DNA of 64,000 nt from Zootoca vivipara (lineage: Eukaryota), in contig NC_083279.1 of the NCBI RefSeq assembly GCF_963506605.1, forward strand, positions 101,742,001 through 101,806,000. The letters are read 5' to 3'. A program made the translations under genes and the position numbers. The notes below the pieces were generated by a model. It did no database searches. It saw nothing but the letters and a program-made list of their open reading frames with translations, and had not been told where the DNA came from. Every line of letters starts with the position of its first letter. The stretch's first letter is position 1. Below are positions 10,066 to 21,393 of the stretch, one piece after another.

Positions 10066-13000
10066 ATGGAGCCCTCTGGGAGCCTGCTTCAGGGCAAGCC
10101 CTTCTACTGCCGGGAGTGGGCGCTGGGCCGGCTGGCGCTCAGCCTGGAGGGGGGCGGGGGGGTTCTGGTGACGGGGGGCCCTGGCAGCGGCAAGACGGCC
10201 CTGTGCACTGAGGCGCTGTGGCCCACCTCCGAGGTGGGGCGCCGGGTGGGGCTGGGCGAGAGCGCCTTGGCCTGGCACTTCTGCCAGCCCCATGATGGCA
10301 CCACCTGCTCCCCCCGAGGCTTCCTTCTCCGGCTGGTGGCGCAGATCCAGCAATGCCCACTGCTGCCCGGGTACGGCGAGCGTCTCAGCCGGGCGGATGC
10401 CCAGAGCACCCTGGAGAACGCGCAGTGCAAGAAGGACCCGGACGAAGCCTTTCGCAGGTGAGAGAGAGAGAGCCTCCCCCCACCCTGCCCCACTGTCCAG
10501 AGGGCAGGATCCCCTCCTCCTGGATCAGGCCCATCAAGCCTGGTTCTCGCCTCAGAATACCGGGAAATTGAGGTAGACTGCCTCTAGACCTGGAGGCTCC
10601 ATAAAAGCCTCAGAAGAGGGCTGGCTCTCAAGGGGGCAGGGGGGATAAAAATCAATCATTTTAAAAAAATGGATTTTTAAAAATTTAAATTGTATTTTTA
10701 AAATAGAATGCTTTTGGAGGAAAAATCATTCTAAAGATAGTTTTCTATTTAAGTTACATTGTAGTCCAAAGGCTTTTCATTAGGAAATAAGGATTTGTTT
10801 TTCATGTGTCCTAAGACTCAGTTTTTTGTTTGTTTGTTTAACCACATCAGTTAACCAACATGGATACATTTGCTATAACATTATTGTTTTTGTTAAATAA
10901 ATTGTTATTAAGGAAATGGGTAATTTCATAATTATCTGTCTGTGTATGTATTTCTGATAGTATAACCACATCAGTAATTTTTGATATGAGTGTAAAAACT
11001 ACTCTGGAAATTTATTATTCCAAAAATGAAACCTTCATCTCATTGTAAATATTGAGCTTAGACCAGCAAGAACGAGTCTTTCTGTAAAAAAAAGAAGGTT
11101 TAAATCAAATCCACTCTGCACGGGGGCCAAGCAGATACCCATTCTGAGCCCAAGGGCTCCCTCTCTATCCTGGCACCACTTAACTCACCTTTTCTCCAAA
11201 CTAAAAAGCCCCGAACACGCCACACACCCCTGTTGAATTGATCTTAATGCTGCCCACATTTTTAGCTGTACACAACCCCCCCCCCATATCTTCAACAAAC
11301 ATTTCCCACTCTTCTCTAAACGTGTGTTCTCCTTGTTCTATGTTAAGTCTGCAAGCTGCGCATATTCCGTCCCCTTAAGTTGGCATCTCGCTCGTTTTCC
11401 GTTTATGGGCTAACAGAACACGTGCCGCAGGATTGGCAAACATAAAGAACCTGGGAATTTCAGTCTGAATTATCCCCAAAAGAAAGGACTCTGGGATTTT
11501 TTTTGAAAAGTACTTTTAAACATTTTTTTCCAATTCATTATATTTCCATTGTAAATTATTTCCCCCTTTTCTTTTTCCTTCCATATGAGGCTGCATTTTA
11601 ATTTTAATGTATTTAATGTTGTTCTTAAGTTGTATTTTAATCAGTTGTTTTATATCTAGTGGTAGTTGCCCTGAGCCTGGCCTTGGCTGGGGAGGGCGGG
11701 GTATAAATAAAATATTATTATTATTATTATTTGTTGTTGTTGTCTAGTTGTTTAGTCGTGTCCGACTCTTCGTGACCCCATGGACCAGAGCACGCCAGGC
11801 ACTCCTGTCTTGCACTGCCTCCCGCAGTTTGGTCAAACTCATGTTCGTAGCTTCGAGAACACTGTCCAACCATCTTGTCCTCTGTCATCCCCTTCTCCTA
11901 GTGCCCTCAATCTTTCCCAACATCAGGGTCTTTTCCAAGGATTCTTCTCTTCTCATGAGGTGGCCAAAGTATTGGAGCCTCAGCTTCAGGATCTGTCCTT
12001 CCAGTGAGCACTCAGGGCTGATTTCCTTAAGAATGGATAGGTTTGATCTTCTTGCAGTCCATGGGACTCTCAAGAGTCTCCTCCAGCACCATAATTCAAA
12101 AGCATCAATTCTTCGGCGATCAGCCTTCTTTATGGTCCAGCTCTCACTTCCATACATCACTACTGGGAAAACCATAGCTTTAACTATACGGACCTTTGTC
12201 GGCAAGGTGATGTCTCTGCTTTTTAAGATGCTGTCTAGGTTTGTCATTGCTTTTCTCCCAAGAAGCAGGCGTCTTTTAATTTCGGGACTGCTGTCACCAT
12301 CTGCAGTGATCAAGGAGCCCAAGAAAGGAAAATCTCTCACTGCCTCCATTTCTTCCCCTTCTATTTGCCAGGAGGTGATGGGACCAGTGGCCATGATCTT
12401 GGTTTTTTTGATGTTGAGCTTCAGACCATATTTTGTGCTCTCCTCTTTCACCCTCATTAAAAGGTTCTTTAATTCCTCCTCACTTTCTGCCATCAAGGTT
12501 GTGTCATCTGCATATCTGAGGTTGTTGATATTTCTTCCGGCAATCTTAATTCCATTTTGGGATTAATCCAGTCCAGCTTTCGCATGATGAATTCTGCATA
12601 TACGTTAAATAAGCAGGGAGACAATATACAGCAGGCATCCCCAAACTGCGGTCCTCCAGATGTATTGGCCTACAACTCCCATGATCCCTAGCTAAGAGGA
12701 CCAGTGGTCAGGGATGATGGGAATTGTAGTCCAAAACATCTGGAGGGCCGAAGTTTGGGGGTTGCCTGATATACAGCCTTGTCGTACTCCTTTCCCAAGG
12801 AGTACTCCTTTCCCAATCAATTGTTCCATATCCAGTTCTAACTGTAGCTTCTTGTCCCACATAGAGTTTTCTCAGGAGACAGATGAGGTGATCAGGCACT
12901 CCCATTTCTTTAAGAACTTGCCATAGTTTGCTGTGGTCGACACAGTCAAAGGCTTTTGCATAGTCAATGAAGCAGAAGTAGACGTTTTTCTGGAACTCTC

Positions 13001-13815
13001 TAGCTTTCTCCATAATCCAGCGCATGTTTGCTATTTGGTCTCTGGTTCCTCTGCCCCTTCGAAATCCAGCTTGCACTTCTGGGAGTTCTCGGTCCACATA
13101 CTGCTTAAGCCTGCCTTGTAGAATTTTAAGCATCACTTTGCTAGTCTACCACACATAACCTTTACAAGTCTACCACATAGGAAATAATGTCTCTGGGTGT
13201 ACCCCATTTGCAATATTCNNNNNNNNNNNNNNNNNNNNNNNNNNNNNNNNNNNNNNNNNNNNNNNNNNNNNNNNNNNNNNNNNNNNNNNNNNNNNNNNNN
13301 NNNNNNNNNNNNNNNNNNNNNNNNNNNNNNNNNNNNNNNNNNNNNNNNNNNNNNNNNNCCCCCACAAAGCCCCTCCTGCTGGTGGTGGACGCTCTGGACG
13401 CCGGCCAGGCTGAGTGCTGTGAAGAGGAGCGAGCCCCCCCTCCGGGGCCCAGCCGGACCATCGCCCAGCTCCTGGGGAGCCACTTACAGCTTCTGCCCCC
13501 CTGGCTGCTCCTGGTCTGCACTGCTCGCTCCCACAGCAAGGGGGTGCTGCGCCTCTTCAACGGTGAGGGGGAGACCCGGCTGGAGGGGAGGGGGATGTGG
13601 ACTTGTTTCCGCCTGGGCCTCTGAAACCGTGACAGCTCTTCAGAAATGGCTTCAGAGAATTGTAGAGATGGAAGGGACCCCCAGTGGTCCTCTAGTCCAA
13701 CCCCCTTAAATGCCTGATTTGCAGCTAATTTCTCTTTAACATTAATCTCCATTAAAGTTGCTTATCACCCTTCATCTGGGATAGCTCAGTTGGTAGAGCA
13801 TGTGGGGTATAAATA

Positions 13816-13857
<42 letters not shown>

Positions 13858-16800
13858 TATTATTATTTTGCATTGCAGGGGGTTGGACTGGATGACCCTC
13901 AAGGTACCTTCCAGTTTTACAATATGATAATGTAGAGCAGTGTTTCCCAAACTTGTGTCTCCAGCTATTTCCGGACTACAGTTCCCATCCTCCCTAACCA
14001 CTCATCCTGATAGATTGGAATGATGGGAGTTGTCGTCCAAAAACAGCTGGAGAACCAATCTCCAATTGGAAAACTTCTGTTGAATATATGGGAGATAATT
14101 GCGTACGGCTGGAAATGCTGGCAGGATTAAGATAAATTCAACAGGGTAAAGAAGTTTTGGTGGATGCAATAATGGAGTAGTTTTTGTAAAATATGCAGGG
14201 ATGTGTGATATGTAAAATGAACCATGGAAAGAGAAGAAGGGAAGTCACTGGTATCTTAAGGATGTAAAATGAGTATTTTAAATTGTAAAACAGAAAGTTT
14301 AATAAAAATTATAAAAAGCAGCTGGAGACCCAAGTTTCGGAAGCACTGATCTATAATGATCCCGAGACAGTTCACAGCATAAAAATACAAAATAAAACCA
14401 CAATGTAACCGTAATATTTCGTATTTTTAAAGCTTTTGGCACAGTAATTGGTGAGCCCTGAGGAAAAGATGGCATATAAAGAATATTGTTACTATTTCGT
14501 GGCACCTTCCAGGGTTCCCCAGTGGGTGCCAAGTGCAGCCAACTGTTGGCATGCTACCCCCACTTTTGGGGGGGGCTCACATTTTTGTGGGGGGCTTTCA
14601 GGGGTGGCCCAGCCCCTTCTCACCCCTCGCCTCTCCCCTCCCCACCCCGCAGGGTTCCGGCGCCTTTGCCTGGACGACCTTCGCCGGGAGCCGGTGGTCT
14701 GCGACGTCCAGCAGTACATCCTGGCGCGGCTGGACCGGGAGGAGCCCCTGCGGCGCCACCTGACCCGCGACACGGCCGAGGCCCTGAGCCAGCTGCACAT
14801 CAAGAGCAACGGGTGCCTTCTGTACCTGGAGCGGGTGCTGGACGGCGTGGCGGGAGAGCTGGTCACCCTGCGCGAGGTGCGCCACATCCCCGGCACCCTC
14901 TACGGCCTCTACCTCTGGCTGTGCCAGCGTCTCTTCCCAGGCCAGGACTTTGCCCTTGTCCGCCCCCTGCTGGAGGCCCTCCTGGCCGCACCGCGCCCCT
15001 TGCGCCCCACGGAGCTGTACGCCGCGGTGTGGACTCGCCGCCCGGTGCCCCGGGAGGAATTTGAGGGCTGGCTGGCATCCCTAGCGCCGCTGCTCCACCA
15101 GGGACCCGGTGGCACCTGCATCCTCTTCCATGCCAGCTTCGCCGAGTGGCTCTGCGACGTCAAGCACTGCACCCAGAGGTACCTCTGCTGCCCGGCCCGC
15201 GGGCACGCCTCCCTCGCCATGAGCACCTCGTGTCGTGCGCCTGCGCTGCTGCCCGAGCAAGTGCATGAGCTGGCGCACCACCTGCTGCACGCCGAACTGG
15301 GCATGGAGGCCTGGCAGCTGGCGCTGTGGTTGGTGTGGTGCGGGGCGCCCGTCGAGCGCTGCCTGGAGCCGGAGGAGGCACTGCTTCTGCCCCTGGCCCC
15401 CATGGTGCTGGAGCTTCTGGTGCTGGCAGGGGCACGAATGGGCTCGCAGGGGCCTGGACCATCCCTTCAGCAAGCCCTCGAGAGGGAGGACTCAGTGCGA
15501 CTGCTCCTGGAAAACGGCGCCAGCGTCAACCAGCGGGACGTCACAGGGCGCACCCTGCTGGCCAGCGCCGCTCACAGCGGCAACCACGAGGTGGCGGGTC
15601 TCCTCCTGGCACGTGGGGCGCAGGCCGAGGTCCCAGATCGGCACGGGCAGACGCCCATGACCCTGGCCGCCCGCCAGGGCCACACCAAAGTCCTGCTCTG
15701 TTTGCTGGCGCACGGCGCCCAAGTGGACCGCCCTGACCGGGAGGGCTGGACAGCGCTGCGGGCAGCCGCCTGGGGGGGCCACAGTGAAGCCGTGGGGGTC
15801 CTGCTACGAGCCGGCGCCAACGTGGACTGTGCCGATGCAGAAGGCAGGACGGCGCTGAGGGCGGCAGCCTGGGGAGGCCACGAGGAGATTGTGGCCACCC
15901 TGCTGGAGCACGGAGCTGACCTCAACCGGGCAGATACCGAGGGGCGCACGGCACTCATTGCGGCGGCCTACATGGGGCACCGGGAGATTGTGGGGCTGCT
16001 GCTGGCGCACGGAGCCCACGTGGACCACGCCGACGTAGATGGGCGCACGGCCCTGTCAGTGGCGGCCCTGTGTGTGCCTGCCAGCCGCGGCTACGCCAAG
16101 GTGGTGGAGCTCCTCCTGGACTACGGGGCGTTCCCAGGGCACAAGGACCGGGATGGCATGACCCCCTTGCTTGTGGCCGCCTACGAGGGCCACGCCGACG
16201 TGGTGGAGCTGCTGCTGGAGGCTGGGGTGGACGTGGACGAGGCCGACGGGGCTGGCTGTGCCCCTCTACTGGCAGCCGCCTCCATGGGCCACCGGGCCGT
16301 GGTGGACACCTTGCTGCTCTGGGGGGCGGCCGTCGACGGGCTGGACGGTGAGGGCCGCACGGCGCTGGGTGTGGCCGCTGGTCAGGGCAGCGAGGCGGTG
16401 GTTCGGGCGCTGCTGGAGAGAGGCCTGGACGAGAACCACCGGGACGCCCTGGGCTGGACCCCGCTGCACCTAGCTGCCTGGCAGGGCCATGCCAGGACAT
16501 GCGCCGCGCTCCTGGAGGCCGGGGCCCGTGTGGCAGAAACGAACCGGGACGGGAGGGTGCCCCTGATGCTGGCTGCCCAGGAGGGCCACACGGACACCGT
16601 GCAGCTCCTGCTGGACCGCGGCTCCCCCATCGACCACCAGGGCTACGACGGGCTCTCCGCCCTCTTGCTGGCCATGCTGGGGGGCCACCGAGCCACAGCC
16701 GAGCTGCTCCTGCGCAAGGGGGCCGACGTCAACCTCTCGGACGCCGAGGGGCGCCCCATGCTGTACCTGCTGGTGCTCGAGGGGCGCCTGGAGATGGCGG

Positions 16801-17618
16801 AGCTGCTGCTGGAGAATGGGGCCGGGCTGGAGGGGAAGGATGCCCAGGGGCGCTCAGCCCTGCACGTGGCCTGCTGGCAGGGCCACGCCGAGGCGGCCCA
16901 ACTGCTGCTGAGCTACGGGGCCGACATCGACGCCTTGGACACGGAGCGGCGTTCTGCCCTGCACCTGGCCGCCTGGAGGGGCCACGCCCAGATCGCCCGG
17001 CTGCTGCTGGAGGGTGGGGCTCATCCTGACCATGCCTGCAACCAGGGGGCCACGGCTCTGGGCATCGCCGCCCAGGAGGGGCAGGCAGCGGTGGCAAAAG
17101 TTCTGCTGGAGCATGGCGCCAGCCCTGGCGTCCTTGACAGAGCCGGCCGGACCCCGCTGCGTGTGGCGGCCAAGCGGGGCCACCGGGAAGTCCTGCGGCT
17201 GCTGGAGGGGCATGGGGCTGTGCCCGGCTCCCCGGGCTCCGTGGGCAGCTCCCCCTCGGCCTCGCTGGACTCAGCGGCAGGCGAGCACCCCAAGTCGCAG
17301 GCCTCCCTCTGTTCCTCGGGCGCCGCCACATCCTCCACTTTCCACTCGCTGGCCACCGCGCAGACGGTCCCCGTGGACACCCTCAGCTTCGCCCAGCAGA
17401 TCCAACAGCACTCACTGCCTCGCCGGCGCCAGGTAGCCCTCGCCGCCCTGCCCCGACCCACAGTGGCTCAGGACAAGCACAACGGGGAGGCCGTGGGGAG
17501 CCCCTTGCTCCTCTCTATCGACACCCTGGACCCCCACCTGCACCTCAAGGCGGCCATCAAGCTGCAGTTCGAGGGCCCCACCTGCGGCTACGACTACAAG
17601 CAGGAGACGCCCCTCTGA
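10066..17618 (+). CDS. ANKRD50-like protein, ~1190 aa; coding exons 10066-10457, (gap)~13359-13562, 14653-17618
   Basis: [13 protein letters not shown], Walker A GGPGSGKT, Walker [39 protein letters not shown], ~18 ankyrin repeats, C-terminus YDYKQETPL. Junctions (FRR|..., FNG|FRR) fall where I recall them in ANKRD50. Too divergent to be the orthologue, so called a paralogue. Confidence 0.93.
10637..11118. mobile_element. Non-autonomous hAT DNA transposon (AT-rich)
   Basis: Ends cagggggga.../...aaatccactctg; subterminal aaatca/gattt repeats; 8-bp TSD caaggggg/cacggggg. Confidence 0.75.
11230..11590 (-). mobile_element. LINE 3' remnant, second copy at ~38890-39190
   Basis: Block gttaagtctgcaagctgcgcatattccgtccccttaagttggcatctcgc shared at both sites. 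Confidence 0.6.
11731..13133 (-). mobile_element. RTE-BovB LINE, 5'-truncated
   Basis: RT peptides [65 protein letters not shown]; (CAA)n tail. Confidence 0.95.
12632..12768. mobile_element. hAT MITE nested in BovB
   Basis: Same family as 5543 and 5961; perfect 8-bp TSD atatacag. Confidence 0.92.
13219..13358. other. Assembly gap hiding an ANKRD50-like exon acceptor
   Basis: 140 Ns. Confidence 1.
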
Positions 17619-18806
17619 CAGGCGCTGAGGGGGGCAGGGGCATTTTCATGAGCGGGTCTGCTAATGCGCAAAGGCCTTGGTGACGGGCACTGCCACCAAT
17701 TGGGGGTGCCTCTCCCAGGATGGCACTAGTGAGGAAACGGGTTGTGGGGTGCGGGTTAGGCTGGTGGTCTGGGGGCAGAGACCGGAAGGCAGAAATCCAG
17801 GCCAGCTGCATAGCACAAAGATAGGAGACACTTCTCCCATGGCTGTCAGTTTGGGAAGGTGGACAGAATAGGAGCACACACATGAAGAGAGTTACCAGCT
17901 CCTGAACTTGAACTCTGGGGCTGCGGAAATTGTGTTTGGGGTTGGAGAAGAGCCAAATTCTGTGGCTAGAGGAAGGCTGGGCATGTACAGAGTGTCTTTT
18001 ACTGGCTTGAGGTCCAATGCCAGGCTTGCCTTAACCACCTTACTGGGAGGTGGCGCTTGCTTCGCCCTGGGGTGCAGTTGAGGGGGCCATATCAGTGGGA
18101 GGCCACCCCAGAGGGGTCGCGCTCCACCTGTGCAACAGTAGGACCCCCCCCCCCCGCTGCCTCTAGGCCCAACCAGAAGTGGAGGCGGCCTCTGGCTCTC
18201 CAGAGCGGGGCTGGCTATTGCAGGCTCTCGCCTTCTTTCCCTTCTGGGCCCCAATGGTTGTGTTTCAGAACTTGTAGAGTTGAGAGGGACCACGGGGGTC
18301 ATCTAGCCCAACCCCATGCAAGGCCAAGGCGGGCTATTGGTGGCCCTTGGAGAAAAAGCACAGGGGACTTCTCTGCAAGCCCACCCCAAGAAACACACCT
18401 AGCCCACCTCTCCGTGGGTCCCTGGCTCAAGCCCTGCCTTTGGACCCCGTGGCCCTTGGGTGCCTGACGGGGGCCAGCCCCTCCCCCACCCCTGGTGCTG
18501 TGACCGTGCGCTGCCTTCATTCGTCTCTTGACCATTTCTTGAATGACTTGCCACAAGTGACTTTGGAACCACTGGATACCAAAAATGGCTGGTGGGAGGG
18601 AGAGGTCCCTCCCTCTTTCCCTTGCAGGATAGCCCCCTCCCTGCCCCAAACCCCCTCCCTGCCTCTGGGAGCCAGCCAGCCATTCTACGGGGGGGGGGGC
18701 ATCTCCTCCTTGCTGGGGCCACCGATGCTGAGATGCTGATCCCGGTGCTTCGATGCTTCTCCAGGGATCCCTGTGGCTCACCTTGATTTGCAGAACTCCC
18801 ACCATC

Positions 18807-18812
18807 AATAAA
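18807..18812 (+). terminator. Probable polyadenylation signal of the ANKRD50-like gene
   Basis: First AATAAA seen after the stop, about 1.2 kb downstream. Confidence 0.6.
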
Positions 18813-19374
18813 GGTCCAACTCTGGAAACATTCTTGCCCTGGCATCTGTTGGAAGGGGGTGTGTGGGGAGGACACAAAGGGGGGGGGAACGTCCTCGCGT
18901 GCAGTGAGTGGCCTAGCAAGGGTTGCCAGGGCCCGGGGCAAAGCAACTGTCCTTGGTAGAACCGGGGGCGATATAGTGACCAATGCTCTGGAACCGGTGT
19001 GGCACTCGGGTCAGAATACCTGTTCCAGACCTCTTCCAAATTGCCGGCTTTTGGGGGAGGGCAAAGGCACAGGCCGATGGACAGAGCCTGAGAAGGTCCT
19101 GGGCAAGTACCCTCAAAAGCTCCACCTGCCTGCCTGAACCTTTGAGGAAGCCCCCCCCCCCTGCCCCGCCCCGCCCCTCCGGCTGACGTGTCCTGGAGAG
19201 GTATCTGGGCTTTCTCAGCTGGGGGGCAGGAGGCTTCCTGACCCCCAGCCGAGCAGTCGAATGAAGCCCTGGTGCCCTTCTCACACTAGCCAGAGCCGTG
19301 CCAAGGCTTTGTCGGGTCGGGCAATGTAACTCGGCTGCTTGCTTCTTCCTCCCCTAAGGTGGGGAGCAGAGTCA

Positions 19375-19375
<1 letters not shown>

Positions 19376-19436
<61 letters not shown>

Positions 19437-19891
19437 TTATTATTTATACCCTGCCCATCTGGCCGGGTCTCCCCAGCCACTCTGGGCGGCTTCCAACAGA
19501 AGAATAAAACACAGTAATCTATTAAACATTAAAAGCCTCCCTGAACAGGGCTGCCTTCAGATGTCTTCTAAATGTCTGGTAGTTGTTTTCCTCTGACATC
19601 TGTTGGGAGGGCGTTCCACAGGGCAGGCGCCACCACTGAGAAGGCCCTCTTCCTAGTTCCCTGCAACTTGGCTTCTCGCAGTGAGGGAACCGCCAGAAGA
19701 CCCTCGGTGCTGGACCTCGGTGTCCGGGCAGAATGATGGAGGTGGAGACGCTCCTTCAGGTATACAGGACCGAGGCCATTTAGGGCTTTAAAGGTCAGCA
19801 CCAACACTTTGGATTGTGCTCGGAAACGTACTGGGAGCCAATGTAGATCTTTCAAGACCGGTGTTATGTGGTCTCGGCAGCCGCTCCCGAG
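19376..19891 (-). mobile_element. L2-type LINE 3' fragment
   Basis: [14 protein letters not shown] peptide; adjoining (AAT)n tract. Confidence 0.9.
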
Positions 19892-20173
19892 CATGATCTA
19901 TCTAACGTATTGTGATGTTTAGCCGCGGATCTATTGCAATGCTCAGTGGCCAACCAGAGGCCTCAACAGGAAGCCCCGAAGCAGGATCCCAAGTGCAGAG
20001 GCATGTTGCTGCTTCCCACCATGGAGGCAGAGCTGAGCTGAGCTGCCGGGGCCAGAAGCCACTGAGAGCGCCACCGCCCCCCCCCCCCCGGATTTGTCTA
20101 TTCCTATTCTGGCTGCGTTAGAATTCATCCTATGCAACAGAAATCAAGCCAAATCTGACATTTTCAAAGGCAG

Positions 20174-20430
20174 CGGACACGAAGCAATGGATTCAAGCTA
20201 CAAGAAAGAAGATTCCACTTAAACATTAGGAAGAACTTCCTGACAGTAAGAGCTGTTCGGCAGTGGAATTTGCTAGCAAGGAGTGTGGTGGAGTCTCCTT
20301 CTTTGGAGGTCTTTAAGCAGAGGCTTGACAGCCATATGTCAAGAATGCTTTGATGGTGTTTCCTGCTTGGCAGGGGGTTGGACTGGATGGCCCTTGTGGT
20401 CTCTTCCAACTCTATGATTCTATGATTCTA
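20174..20430 (+). mobile_element. CR1 LINE 3' end
   Basis: TRSNGFKLQERRFHLNIRKNFLTVRAVRQWN peptide; ATTCTATG tail. Confidence 0.9.
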
Positions 20431-20464
20431 TTGTTCCACATGCAAAAAACAGAGCAAGAATAAG

Positions 20465-21175
20465 GATTTATTTATTCATTCAATTTATATACCACCCTTT
20501 ATCCAAAGGTACAATATTTAGAACGTACTTTATACAGTATATGATAACGCAGGACATAATAATAATATGATCATAACAGTTCACACAAACACATTTAAAG
20601 GGCTGCAGAATACGAATTGGCCAAAGGCCTGGGAGAAGAGGAACGCTGTCACCTGGGGAAAGGTGTAGAATGAAGGCGCCAGGCAAACTTCCCTGGGGAG
20701 AGCACCCCACAGACGGGGAGCCACTGCACAGAAGGCCCCGTTTTTGTGTTGCCACCCTCCAGACCTCTCAAGGAGGAGGCACACGAAAAACGGCCTTGGA
20801 AGATGAACTCCGGGTCGGTTCATTTGAAGAGAGGCGGCCCTGAGGCTTTATGGGTCAAAACCAGCACTTTGAATTGGGCCCAGAAACTAATGGGCGGCCA
20901 GGGCAATGGGGCCAGGATTGGCATTATAGGCTCAACCTGTCTGACCCTAGTTTAGTGAGCAAGCTGACTGCTGAATTTTGCACCGACTGAATTTCCCAAA
21001 CCATCTGCAAAGGCAGCCCCACGTAGAACAGCAATCTAGTGTAGAGGTTACCAGAGTAGAGAGGTTCCCCCTGGCCAGACACAAGCATAGCTGGGCCACC
21101 CGCTGAAGCTGATGGAAGCCCCCCTGGGCCACTGAGGCCACCAGAGTCTCAAGCAAGAGGAAATCAAGCTCTGCA
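20465..21175 (-). mobile_element. Old degenerate L2 fragment
   Basis: Decayed L2 peptides (LVTSTLDC, AFCAVAPRLWGALP) and (AATA)n tail. Confidence 0.65.
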
Positions 21176-21393
21176 CCCACTCCTTAGGGCCTCTTTTTAA
21201 GGGTCCCGTGGGGGGGGGGAGGCAGAAAGGTGTCTCGGTCCTGGGAGGTCCCAGCTCTCTCTCCCTGCTGTAATAAGACATTGTGGGGCACCCGCACAAC
21301 ATCCTACTCAGTTTTGGGGAGCAGGAGTAAGGGGTCTTGCTCCCCACAGTGAGTGGGGTGGGGGAACCCGTCTTGCCCCCCCCCAGCCCTCCT

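Noticed and set aside
11748-12566. 272-aa plus-strand ORF
   Set aside because: Antisense frame of BovB, repeated in the other copies.
13778-13802. tRNA-like gggatagctcagttggtagagcatg
   Set aside because: Only an A-box SINE head fragment; no cloverleaf.
14448-14652. N-terminal part of the 1056-aa ORF
   Set aside because: Intronic; homology begins at the acceptor at 14653.
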